Shown: positions 9,254 through 17,513 of the stretch, in pieces
Numbering within the stretch: the first letter of the stretch is position 1
How the letters are laid out: each line of letters begins with the position of its first letter
Source: Synechococcus sp. A15-24
Lineage (GTDB): Bacteria > Cyanobacteriota > Cyanobacteriia > PCC-6307 > Cyanobiaceae
DNA length: 32,000 nucleotides
Direction: 5' to 3'
Assembly (NCBI RefSeq): GCF_014280195.1
Contig: NZ_CP047960.1
Location: 1,770,001-1,802,000 of the forward strand
Notes under the pieces: model-generated
What the model saw: only the letters and a program-made list of their open reading frames with translations
Database searches by the model: none
What the model was told of the DNA's origin: nothing
Made by a program: the position numbers and the translations under genes

Positions 9254-10513
9254 ATGAGCCGTTACGTCTTCACATCCGAATCGGTCACGGAGGGACATCC
9301 CGACAAGATCTGTGATCAGGTCAGCGATGCGGTGCTGGATGCTCTGCTGGCCCAGGACCCCAGCAGTCGGGTGGCCTGCGAAACGGTAGTGAACACCGGG
9401 CTGTGCATGATCACCGGCGAGGTGACCTCCAAAGCGCAGGTGGATTTCATCCACCTGGTGCGCAACGTGATCAAAGAAATCGGTTACAGCGGAGCTCGGG
9501 CCGGTGGCTTCGATGCGAACAGCTGCGCGGTGCTGGTGGCCCTCGACCAGCAGTCTCCAGACATTGCCCAGGGTGTGGACGAAGCCGATGACCACGAGGG
9601 CGATCCCCTCGACCGTGTCGGCGCCGGCGACCAGGGCATCATGTTTGGCTACGCCTGCAACGAGACCCCGGAGCTGATGCCACTGCCCATCAGCCTGGCC
9701 CACCGTCTCGCGAAGCGTCTGGCCGAGGTCCGTCACAACGGCAGCCTCGAGTACCTGCTGCCCGACGGCAAGACCCAGGTGAGCGTGGTTTACGAGAACG
9801 ACAAGCCCGTCGCCATCGACACGATCCTGATCTCCACGCAGCACACGGCCGAAGTGGCCGGCATCAGCGATGAGCAGGGCATCCGTGAGCGCATCACCGA
9901 AGACCTGTGGACCCATGTGGTGGAACCAGCCACCGCCGATCTGGCCCTGAAACCCAGCCGTGAGGCCACGAAATATCTGGTGAACCCCACCGGCAAGTTT
10001 GTGGTGGGCGGTCCCCAGGGTGATGCCGGCCTCACCGGTCGCAAGATCATCGTGGACACCTACGGCGGCTATGCCCGCCACGGCGGTGGCGCCTTCTCCG
10101 GCAAGGATCCCACCAAGGTGGATCGCTCCGCCGCCTATGCCGCCCGCTACGTGGCCAAGTGCCTGGTGGCCTCCGGCCTGGCTGAACGCGCTGAAGTGCA
10201 GCTGAGCTACGCCATCGGCGTCGCCAAGCCTGTGTCGATCCTGGTGGAGTCCTTCGGGACTGGGAAGGTGTCGAATGCCGAGCTCACCGAACTGGTGCAG
10301 GAGCATTTCGACCTGCGCCCCGGCGCCATCATCGAAACCTTCGGACTGCGCAACCTGCCCCAGCAGCGCGGTGGTCGCTTCTACCAAGACACAGCCGCCT
10401 ACGGCCACTTCGGTCGTAACGACCTCAAAGCCCCCTGGGAGGATGTGGCCGCCAAGAGCGAAGAGCTGGTGAAGGCCGAAGCCAAGCGCATCAAGCAAGG
10501 CGCCACGGTTTGA
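9254..10513 (+). CDS. metK: S-adenosylmethionine synthetase
   Basis: 419 aa. [37 protein letters not shown] and [19 protein letters not shown] are canonical MetK motifs. Confidence 0.98.
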   Translation: MSRYVFTSESVTEGHPDKICDQVSDAVLDALLAQDPSSRVACETVVNTGLCMITGEVTSKAQVDFIHLVRNVIKEIGYSGARAGGFDANSCAVLVALDQQSPDIAQGVDEADDHEGDPLDRVGAGDQGIMFGYACNETPELMPLPISLAHRLAKRLAEVRHNGSLEYLLPDGKTQVSVVYENDKPVAIDTILISTQHTAEVAGISDEQGIRERITEDLWTHVVEPATADLALKPSREATKYLVNPTGKFVVGGPQGDAGLTGRKIIVDTYGGYARHGGGAFSGKDPTKVDRSAAYAARYVAKCLVASGLAERAEVQLSYAIGVAKPVSILVESFGTGKVSNAELTELVQEHFDLRPGAIIETFGLRNLPQQRGGRFYQDTAAYGHFGRNDLKAPWEDVAAKSEELVKAEAKRIKQGATV

Positions 10514-10514
10514 C

Positions 10515-11780
10515 GTGAACGTTGAAACATCGCTGGCGCTCGGCATCGACCTGGGCACCAGCGGTGTTCGCATTGCGGTGCTGAATCAGCAGGGCACGCT
10601 GATTTATTCGTCGTCCGCTGAGTACGCCACGGGATTAACAGCCCCCTTGGACTGGGCTGAGGCGTGCCGCGACTTGATCACCCATTTGCCCGCTCAGATC
10701 AGAGGTCAACTGGCCGCTGTTGCGGTCGATGGCACCTCGGGCACGCTTCTGGCTTGTCGGGAGGATGGCACTCCCATGGGGCCTGCACTGAGCTACGCCA
10801 CCGCGTTCCCCGAGCAGACCAGTGCACTCAAACGGCTGGTGCCAGATGGCTGCGCGGCATCCAGCAGCAGCGGCAGCTTGGCGCGAGCCCTGCAGTTGCT
10901 GAACCACCATGGCCACATTGATCGCCTGCGACATCAAGCCGACTGGATCAGCGGTTGGTTCCTGCAGAACTGGCAATGGGGCGAAGAGGGCAACAACCTC
11001 AAGCTTGGATGGGACCTTGAGCAAGCCACCTGGCAGGGCTGCATCGCTGATCAGTCCTGGAGTTCGGCCTTGCCTGAGGTGAAGCAGAGCGGTGCCGTGC
11101 TGGGACGCATCGCAACCGATCAGGCCAGGAATCTCGGCGTACCAGAGGATCTGCTCGTGGTGGCCGGTACAACCGATTCCAACGCGGCGGTGTTGGCCGC
11201 GAACCCCGGCGACAACGACGGGATCACCGTGCTGGGCACCACTCTGGTGATGAAGCGATTCACGCCAGTACCGATCCAAGGAGCCGGCATCACGCGGCAT
11301 CGGATCGGGCAGCGATGGTTGTGTGGCGGGGCTTCCAACGCTGGGGCCGGCGTGCTGCGGCGTTATTTCACCGATGCTGAGCTGGCGGAACTCAGCCGCC
11401 AGATCGACCCAGACCAAGACAGCGGCCTGAGTTACCAGCCCCTTCCGGCCCGTGGCGAGCGATTTCCCGTGGACGATCCCAACCTCGAGCCGGTGCTGGA
11501 GCCACGGCCGGTGAGTGATGCCCTGTTTCTGCATGGGCTGCTGGAAGGTCTGGCGGAGATTGAGGCCAAGGGTTGGGAGCGACTGACGGAACTCGGGGCG
11601 GATCCACCGCAACGGGTGATCAGCCTCGGCGGTGGTGCCCGAAACCCCCAGTGGCGCAAGATCCGGCAGCGGCGGCTTGGCCTTCCCGTGGTGAGTTGCA
11701 ACCAACCACCGGCCGCAGGTGTTGCCCTGCTGGCCCTGAGTCGGCAGCGGCAGACCGAGTACAAGATGAACAAGTCATAA
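10515..11780 (+). CDS. FGGY-family carbohydrate kinase (xylulokinase-like)
   Basis: 421 aa with a GTG start 1 nt after the metK stop. It has the N-terminal ATPase motif LGIDLGTSGVRIAVL and the C-terminal SLGGGARNPQWRKI motif typical of FGGY kinases. Confidence 0.8.
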   Translation: MNVETSLALGIDLGTSGVRIAVLNQQGTLIYSSSAEYATGLTAPLDWAEACRDLITHLPAQIRGQLAAVAVDGTSGTLLACREDGTPMGPALSYATAFPEQTSALKRLVPDGCAASSSSGSLARALQLLNHHGHIDRLRHQADWISGWFLQNWQWGEEGNNLKLGWDLEQATWQGCIADQSWSSALPEVKQSGAVLGRIATDQARNLGVPEDLLVVAGTTDSNAAVLAANPGDNDGITVLGTTLVMKRFTPVPIQGAGITRHRIGQRWLCGGASNAGAGVLRRYFTDAELAELSRQIDPDQDSGLSYQPLPARGERFPVDDPNLEPVLEPRPVSDALFLHGLLEGLAEIEAKGWERLTELGADPPQRVISLGGGARNPQWRKIRQRRLGLPVVSCNQPPAAGVALLALSRQRQTEYKMNKS

Positions 11781-11927
11781 GATTTTCGCCATACATTCAT
11801 TACCGAGTTATCAAATGCAATTCTCAGTCGATAAAGGCAAACATTTTGTTGCAAGCTGGCTGAATTGAACTGGTTTCTCAGTTCATAGCTTTATCCTCTC
11901 CGATATCAATCTCAATACAGATCAGAA

Positions 11928-12830
11928 ATGATCGCCATCAAGCCGACCCGCGACTTCACGAATCTTGGCCGGATTTCATTCTCCGCCAACAACGCCTCCA
12001 AACCCAAACAGAACACTGCAATCAATCGCTACCGAGCCGAACAAGCCCAGGGGGGCTTGATATCGCGCAAAGGCCTGGCTGCATCCTCACAAAACGAGTA
12101 CAAAGAGAATCTTTGCTCAGCGATGGGGATTGGAATCGGCCCCAGAGTTCACAGCGAATGTCCTTTTAGGAGTGTTAATGATCAATATGCTGCAACAGGG
12201 AACGAAGCTCTTGAGGTGGCAATCGAAGCGGCATATCGGCAGGTACTCGGGAATCTTGGACCAACGATCAGTCAGAAATGCATCGAACTTGAATCGCAAC
12301 TAAAGAATGGGGAGATAAGCGTCAGAGATTTCGTGGCGGGACTTGCAAAGAGTGATCTCTACAGGGAAAACTACTTTTCGAAAGTTTCGCCAATCCGCGG
12401 CATCGAGCTGAACTACAAGCACCTTCTCGGTCGGCCGCCGATCAATCAAGCAGAAGTAAGTGCTGCCATAACCCTTATCGCATCCAAAGGCTTTAATGCG
12501 TTCATCGATCAGATCACACGGTCTGGGGAATACCTAGAGGTTTTCGGAACAGACACAGTTCCATACCTGCGTGCATGGACATCAGAAGCACGCGCCTATT
12601 GTTCAACTTTTGCCAACCTTGCTCGCGTCACTCCTGGCAATGCAAGCTCAGACACTATTGTTGAGCGACGGAGCCAACTGGTTGTTGAGTTCAGCAATGC
12701 ACGCAGCCTGAGCGAGGCTGGCAACAAATATGAAGTCAGTGGCTTCTCTTATTCCAAAGCAACAAGCGATCCCACCTCTGCGGCATTCCTCAGAATGTAC
12801 CAATCCAAAACAGCAAAATCCTGGAACTAA
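11928..12830 (+). CDS. mpeE: Phycoerythrin-II-associated linker polypeptide, MpeC paralog (MpeE-like, 300 aa)
   Basis: PBS-linker domain (AYRQVLGN...ISVRDFVAGLAKSDLYRENYF...IELNYKHLLGRPP...YLEVFGTDTVPY). It also carries the N-terminal Cys-x14-Cys motif (CSAMGIGIGPRVHSEC) shared with the MpeC and MpeD N-termini in this window. It has no CpcD-like C-terminus. The paralog name is inferred from size and position. Confidence 0.8.
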   Translation: MIAIKPTRDFTNLGRISFSANNASKPKQNTAINRYRAEQAQGGLISRKGLAASSQNEYKENLCSAMGIGIGPRVHSECPFRSVNDQYAATGNEALEVAIEAAYRQVLGNLGPTISQKCIELESQLKNGEISVRDFVAGLAKSDLYRENYFSKVSPIRGIELNYKHLLGRPPINQAEVSAAITLIASKGFNAFIDQITRSGEYLEVFGTDTVPYLRAWTSEARAYCSTFANLARVTPGNASSDTIVERRSQLVVEFSNARSLSEAGNKYEVSGFSYSKATSDPTSAAFLRMYQSKTAKSWN

Positions 12831-12861
12831 TCAACATAAACCACCAAAATCCAGGCTGACC

Positions 12862-12897
12862 AAACGTAGGACTTGCGACACGCAAATCCTACGTTTT
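12862..12897 (+). terminator. Hairpin/terminator downstream of the mpeE-like gene
   Basis: ACGTAGGA-C-TTGCG, loop ACA, CGCAA-A-TCCTACGT (one mismatch), followed by TTTT. It starts 32 nt after the stop codon. Confidence 0.5.
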
Positions 12898-12913
12898 CGA
12901 AGTCAAATCAGTT

Positions 12914-13027
12914 ATGACTAAAAAACTCCAAGAAATTCTTTCTATTTTTTTGTTTGTAGTGTTGTCTTGCTACGTCGGCTTTAGTGCTGTTCGCTTCGGC
13001 TCACTGCTGTGGCAACGCTTGAGCTAA
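12914..13027 (+). CDS. Candidate 37-aa single-pass membrane micro-protein (hypothetical)
   Basis: Manual translation gives MTKKLQEILSIFLFVVLSCYVGFSAVRFGSLLWQRLS, a basic N-terminus followed by one hydrophobic helix and a basic C-terminus. It lies between the mpeE terminator and the DUF2470 gene. I recognise no homolog from memory and see no clear SD sequence. Confidence 0.3.
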   Translation: MTKKLQEILSIFLFVVLSCYVGFSAVRFGSLLWQRLS

Positions 13028-13055
13028 CTCCAGCAATTTCCTCCTTAGCAGCAAA

Positions 13056-13331
13056 ATGCCTTCTGATCCTTTGACTCCTGCCGTCAGCGCTCGGATCTGC
13101 AAACACATGAATGAGGATCACGCTGAGGCCGTTTTGGCCTACGCCCACCACTACGGCGGAGTGGATGCAGCATCGGCCGCCGAAATGGTGGCTGTCTCCG
13201 CAACAGACATGGAGCTGAAGGTGGACGGACAGCCACTGCGCATTCCCTTCGATCACACCCTCACCGACAGCGAGGACGCCCATCGCACCCTTGTGGCGAT
13301 GCTTCGTGCCATGCCCAAACAGGACGCCTGA
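13056..13331 (+). CDS. DUF2470-domain protein (heme-binding/heme-oxygenase-associated-like small protein)
   Basis: 91 aa. ICKHMNEDHAEAVLAYAHHYGG...MELKVDGQPLRIPFDHTLTDSEDAHRTLVAM matches the DUF2470 pattern as I remember it. Confidence 0.65.
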   Translation: MPSDPLTPAVSARICKHMNEDHAEAVLAYAHHYGGVDAASAAEMVAVSATDMELKVDGQPLRIPFDHTLTDSEDAHRTLVAMLRAMPKQDA

Positions 13332-13362
13332 GGGGAATCCTTCCAGCAGCCTTGCTTGATCG

Positions 13363-13998
13363 TTGTACCACCAACTGCTGAAGCTGGGCCGACAGCTGCT
13401 GATTCAGCCCACCTGCCGGCTCTGCCGATTCCCCCTCTGTCCGGACACTGAGGCAGACCCGATCTGCCCGCCATGCCATGACCGGTTTCAGCTCAAAAAA
13501 GGTGGTCTTTACGGATCGGCACCGCTGCCATGGCATGGCCTCTCGTATTACGACGGTGCTTTCCGCACCCTGCTGCTGCGACTGAAACGCCGTCCTGACG
13601 ATCGTCAGTTGTCGGCCCTGATCGGTTGCCTGCGAGCAACCCTGCCGATGCCGTATCCAGCCGTGCTCATTCCTATCCCCAGCTGGAAACGCCGGCGGGC
13701 TAACCCCTTGCCGGGCTTGATTGCCACAACCCTGTGCCAGGTCCGAACCGATCTGCTGCAGCGCACCCGGGCCAGCGCCGGCCAACATCACCTGAACCGT
13801 CAGCAGAGGTTGTCGAACCTCAGCGGTGCCTTCAAGGTCAGCGCCCATCTACAAGCCATGGAGATCTGGCTGGTGGATGACATTCTCACCACAGGGGGCA
13901 CAGCCCTGGCAGCGAGACAAGCCCTGCTGGATGCCGGTCATCAGGTCTGCGGCTTGATCTGTTTGGGGCGCACCCCCATCCGTCGCCTCCGGCGGTGA
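13363..13998 (+). CDS. comF: ComF-family protein (phosphoribosyltransferase domain)
   Basis: 211 aa with a TTG start (uncertain). It has N-terminal Cys pairs (CRLCRF...CPPC) and the C-terminal PRTase motif LVDDILTTGGTALAA. Confidence 0.75.
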   Translation: MYHQLLKLGRQLLIQPTCRLCRFPLCPDTEADPICPPCHDRFQLKKGGLYGSAPLPWHGLSYYDGAFRTLLLRLKRRPDDRQLSALIGCLRATLPMPYPAVLIPIPSWKRRRANPLPGLIATTLCQVRTDLLQRTRASAGQHHLNRQQRLSNLSGAFKVSAHLQAMEIWLVDDILTTGGTALAARQALLDAGHQVCGLICLGRTPIRRLRR

Positions 13999-14028
13999 TT
14001 TAAAGTGTTTGTGTCGCGTAGGCGACGT

Positions 14029-14101
14029 GCCGGGATAGCTCAGTTGGTAGAGCAGGCGACTGAAAATCGCCGTGTCCCCAGTTCAAATCTGGGTCCTGGC
14101 A
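14029..14101 (+). tRNA. trnF: tRNA-Phe (anticodon GAA)
   Basis: 73 nt. The cloverleaf folds by hand: acceptor GCCGGGA/TCCTGGC, D-arm GCTC-AGTTGGTA-GAGC, anticodon stem GGCGA/TCGCC with loop CTGAAAA, T-arm CCCAG-TTCAAAT-CTGGG, discriminator A. No encoded CCA. Confidence 0.95.
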
Positions 14102-14122
14102 TCTTTTGATGCCTAATCTGTC

Positions 14123-14362
14123 GTGTCATTCATCTCACCTGATGCAGGCACGGATCGGGTGTTCGATAACGCCGACAGCTTTGCGATGGTGTTTGATCGC
14201 ACCTGGAAGCAGTTGCGATCAAGGGGCAACGGTGATGTGAGTCACGTCGACCACCTGGAAGCCGTGTTCGCGGCCATGGCAGATCATCCCTTTCTGATCA
14301 GCTCGCCCGAGATGGCCAGACAGGTTGCTGCCTTCCGGATCCGCCTACTGGAGCTGAGCTGA
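14123..14362 (+). CDS. Hypothetical protein (79 aa)
   Basis: ORF only, with a GTG start. Its GC-rich codon usage is consistent with the host. I recognise no motif. Confidence 0.4.
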   Translation: MSFISPDAGTDRVFDNADSFAMVFDRTWKQLRSRGNGDVSHVDHLEAVFAAMADHPFLISSPEMARQVAAFRIRLLELS

Positions 14363-14367
14363 AGCGA

Positions 14368-14886
14368 TCAAGCGGAGAGCAGGTCGATCTGCGGGTCATC
14401 GACGTACTCGGTGTCACCCTCAGCGTCGTCACTGACCGCTTCGTCTTCCACCCGCTCGTCTTCGATCGCCTCGTCGAGATCACTTTGAGGTTCCGATGGG
14501 GATGTGTCCTCAGCGTGGAGAGCAACCACCTGCGCCGGAGCCAGACGATCTCGGAGCAGGCGCACCTTCTCCTCACTGGCTGACAGCAACTCGCCAGCGT
14601 CATCACTGATGGCGTCTTGATCGTCATCGGCGATCTGGCTCTTCTCCACTTCAGCCAGCCTCGCCTCCAGGGCCATCACACGATCAGCCAGTGTCTCGGC
14701 CACTTCACTGAGGTTCAGCAGATGGGTGCACAACTGCTGCTCGAACGCGGTGCGCGGGGAGGAGGTGGTCACCGGGCTGGCCTCGTGTTTAGAAATTTCG
14801 CTGATGGTATCGATGCTGAAGCGGCTGTCCACGGGCTGCCTGACAGGCGGTTGATCGCAGGAAGCTGGCTTAAATTCCTGACCCAA
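14368..14886 (-). CDS. Hypothetical acidic protein with central coiled-coil-like segment
   Basis: 172-aa ORF (TTG start; the true start is uncertain). The C-terminal half is very Asp/Glu-rich (DEAIEDERVEDEAVSDDAEGDTEYVDDPQIDLL). I recognise no family. Confidence 0.45.
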   Translation of the reverse strand: MGQEFKPASCDQPPVRQPVDSRFSIDTISEISKHEASPVTTSSPRTAFEQQLCTHLLNLSEVAETLADRVMALEARLAEVEKSQIADDDQDAISDDAGELLSASEEKVRLLRDRLAPAQVVALHAEDTSPSEPQSDLDEAIEDERVEDEAVSDDAEGDTEYVDDPQIDLLSA

Positions 14887-14900
14887 GAACGCGGGTGTTG

Positions 14901-15569
14901 ATGTCCAGGCTGAGCAAGGTGCTGAAGATCAGCGCCTGGGTGGCGGCATTCATCGTTGTCGTCGTGCTGCTGCAGCGCTATGGCATTGCACCGCTTCAGG
15001 ACGCCGTGAAAGGGATGGGGTTCTGGGCGCCGCTCGGCCTATTTCTGCTGCGGGGCGTAAGCATCATTCTTCCGGCCCTGCCGAGCTCGATCTATTCGCT
15101 GCTGGCAGGTTCCCTGCTGGGCTTCCAAACCGGATACCTCACGATCACCCTCTCGGATCTGGTGTTCTGCAGCACGGCATTTTTCATCGCCCGTCGCTGG
15201 GGTCGTGGTCCGGTGAGCCGTCTGGTGGGGGCCAGCGCGATGAAACGCATCGATGGCTTCAGCAAGAACCAGCTGGAGGGCAACTTCTTTTTGATGACGG
15301 GCCTGCTGATGACCGGTCTGTTTGATTTCCTCAGCTATGCCATCGGTATCAGCCGCACCCATTGGCGGGTGTTCGCGCCAGCGCTGCTAATCAGCGTGTT
15401 GATCAGTGATTCGATCCTCGTGGCCGTAGGCGCGGGTGTGGCCCAGGGCGCCAGCCTCACCCTGGGCTTGGCTCTGCTCGCGATGTTTGGGCTGGCCACC
15501 TTCACAGGACTGATGAAACGGAAAGCAGCGTCCAAGGACGCCCCCCATCCCCCCGTGCACCCAGGCTGA
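14901..15569 (+). CDS. TVP38/TMEM64 (DedA-related, VTT-domain) family membrane protein
   Basis: Several predicted TM helices and an RxxxGxxxxxR-type loop (ARRWGRGPVSRLVG), as in TVP38/TMEM64 proteins. I prefer the ATG at 14901 over the GTG at 14895. Confidence 0.65.
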   Translation: MSRLSKVLKISAWVAAFIVVVVLLQRYGIAPLQDAVKGMGFWAPLGLFLLRGVSIILPALPSSIYSLLAGSLLGFQTGYLTITLSDLVFCSTAFFIARRWGRGPVSRLVGASAMKRIDGFSKNQLEGNFFLMTGLLMTGLFDFLSYAIGISRTHWRVFAPALLISVLISDSILVAVGAGVAQGASLTLGLALLAMFGLATFTGLMKRKAASKDAPHPPVHPG

Positions 15570-15679
15570 TCACAGACAGCAGATCCCTTCACCCGTGCAT
15601 GTCGAATCACCCGCCAACCAGGCTGCGGTGATTGTTTTAAGGAACACTGGTTACGTTGATGCGATGAGGCCTGTTCTCG

Positions 15680-16111
15680 ATGAGCGCGCTTGCTGATCCG
15701 AGAATCGAAGTGTTACAGGATCAGGCCGGGGCTAGTGGTGAACTGGATCTGCCCATCGGCGAAGGATGTTTCCGCATCAACCTGCGCGACGAGAACATCG
15801 AGCTCTGGCAAGAGACGCTGGAGCAGCAGAACGCAACCCAAAGCACCCAACTGTTGCTCGCCTGCGAAGAAAGCGGCGGTGAACTGAAGGACACCCGACT
15901 CACCTGGGTGGTGGGTTCAGCCATTCGCAGAGCCAGCGCCAACAGCCCCACCGCAGCAGCTCTGTTGTTGCAACAACTTGGCATCCCTGAGCCTCTGACC
16001 AAGGCCGCTGTCGATCGTTGCCCGGGGCTTGGTGACGACCTGGTGTGGGCCTTTTATCTAGAACGTCATGGCTGGCTCATTGCCACCCCTGTCGCCGCCA
16101 TCCAGCCTTGA
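15680..16111 (+). CDS. Conserved hypothetical protein of the PBS rod region (143 aa)
   Basis: ORF with an ATG start. Its TGA (16109-16111) shares one nucleotide with the ATG (16111-16113) of the downstream aplA-like gene. I recognise no domain. Confidence 0.6.
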   Translation: MSALADPRIEVLQDQAGASGELDLPIGEGCFRINLRDENIELWQETLEQQNATQSTQLLLACEESGGELKDTRLTWVVGSAIRRASANSPTAAALLLQQLGIPEPLTKAAVDRCPGLGDDLVWAFYLERHGWLIATPVAAIQP

Positions 16112-16683
16112 TGGCTGACATCCCTGACTTGGCAGAGCTGATTCGCAGCGCTCAAGTGCAAGGCCTCAGCGGCGACCACTCTTTGCATGAAGAAGCGCGC
16201 CAGATCATTGGGGCAGCAGATCAGGAGCATCGCCAACTCAGCCAGGAGGAACTGCTCAGCCTCTGCGCAGCCTCTGGACAGGATGCGTCACTGCTCCGAA
16301 GGCTCCAAAACCATGCGGATGACCTGGTGAACCAGGCCAGATGCCACCTGCTGGAGCAACAACCACAGCTCGTGCAGCCTGGCGGAGCCCTGTTCCCCAG
16401 CGAACGGGCCGATGCCTGCTGGCGGGACTGCTGGAACTTTCTGCGCGTGATCGTCTATGCCATGGCCTGCCAGCGAAGCAACTTCACAAACCCCACAGGC
16501 ATGGCAGCGCTGCGTGAGCTGTATCAGCGGATGGACGTGCCAACGGAGGGCCTGAATATCGCCCTCATGGAGCTCAACGTGCTTGCAGCGCAGAAGTTTG
16601 AGCGCGGAGCAGATCAGGAGCTCATCAACGCCTGCTTCCAACACCTGATCGAGCGGCTCAATAAAACTGCAGTTAAGAGCTGA
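16111..16683 (+). CDS. aplA: Allophycocyanin-like phycobiliprotein-family protein (AplA-like)
   Basis: 190 aa from the internal ATG (MADIPDLAEL...). It resembles the globin-like phycobiliprotein pattern and has the chromophore-site motif C-x-R-D-x4-L-R (ACWRDCWNFLR, Cys103). Compare [13 protein letters not shown] in MpeB in this same window. Confidence 0.7.
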   Translation: MADIPDLAELIRSAQVQGLSGDHSLHEEARQIIGAADQEHRQLSQEELLSLCAASGQDASLLRRLQNHADDLVNQARCHLLEQQPQLVQPGGALFPSERADACWRDCWNFLRVIVYAMACQRSNFTNPTGMAALRELYQRMDVPTEGLNIALMELNVLAAQKFERGADQELINACFQHLIERLNKTAVKS

Positions 16684-16753
16684 TAAGAGAAAAAAAGACT
16701 CCGTCGGACCACGAGAGGATCAGCCTCTAGGCATTTCCACTCACGGCACGCGC

Positions 16754-17512
16754 ATGTTCCTCCCGCTCCTCGGATATCCGCTCAGTGCACAGAACAGTCG
16801 CGTCAGCAACCTGGCCGGTGACAACAGCACCGTCCAGAGCCCGCTCTACGGAACGTCTGCCGCCGGAGATGAAAGCACTCGGGCCGAGATGGACCGCCTG
16901 ATCGAGCAGGCCTACCTGCAGGTGTTTTTCCACGCCATGCGAAGCGATCGCGAACCATTCCTGGAATCCCAACTGCGCAGCGGCAACATCACTGTTCGCG
17001 ATTTCATACGCGGCCTTCTGCTCTCCGAGAGGTTCCAGCAGGGGTACTACCAGTGCAACTCGAACTATCGGATGGTGGATCAGGTCGTGGGCCGTGTTCT
17101 CGGTCGACCCGTCCATAGCGATGCCGAACGGCGAGCCTGGTCGATTGTGATCGGGGAGAAGGGTTTCACAGCATTCGTTGAAGCCCTGCTGGACAGCAGC
17201 GAGTACATGGACAGCTTCGGCTATGACCTCGTGCCGCAGCAACGATCGAGGCTGCTCCCCGGACGGGCCCTCGGGGAAACGCCGATTTACCAACAGTTCC
17301 CGCGCTACGGGGCCGACTGGCGGGATGCACTGCAGGATCGGGCCCCAAGCGATCAAGCCGCTCAGATGCAACAGCTGGAGACATCCGCGGCCTGGGTCAA
17401 CGGCCAGCCTCCGGCCTTCGCGCTAAGGATCTGGCTTGGACTTGCCCTGGTAGGAGTATTTGAACTGGGACGGGTGGTCCTTACGATCGCTTTGGCAATG
17501 GCGAAAAGTTGA
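16754..17512 (+). CDS. cpcG2: Phycobilisome rod-core linker CpcG2 (CpcL-like, hydrophobic C-terminus)
   Basis: 252 aa. It has the canonical CpcG N-terminus MFLPLLGYPLSAQNSRV and a PBS-linker domain. The last ~35 residues (FALRIWLGLALVGVFELGRVVLTIALAMAKS) are hydrophobic. Confidence 0.9.
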   Translation: MFLPLLGYPLSAQNSRVSNLAGDNSTVQSPLYGTSAAGDESTRAEMDRLIEQAYLQVFFHAMRSDREPFLESQLRSGNITVRDFIRGLLLSERFQQGYYQCNSNYRMVDQVVGRVLGRPVHSDAERRAWSIVIGEKGFTAFVEALLDSSEYMDSFGYDLVPQQRSRLLPGRALGETPIYQQFPRYGADWRDALQDRAPSDQAAQMQQLETSAAWVNGQPPAFALRIWLGLALVGVFELGRVVLTIALAMAKS

Positions 17513-17513
17513 C

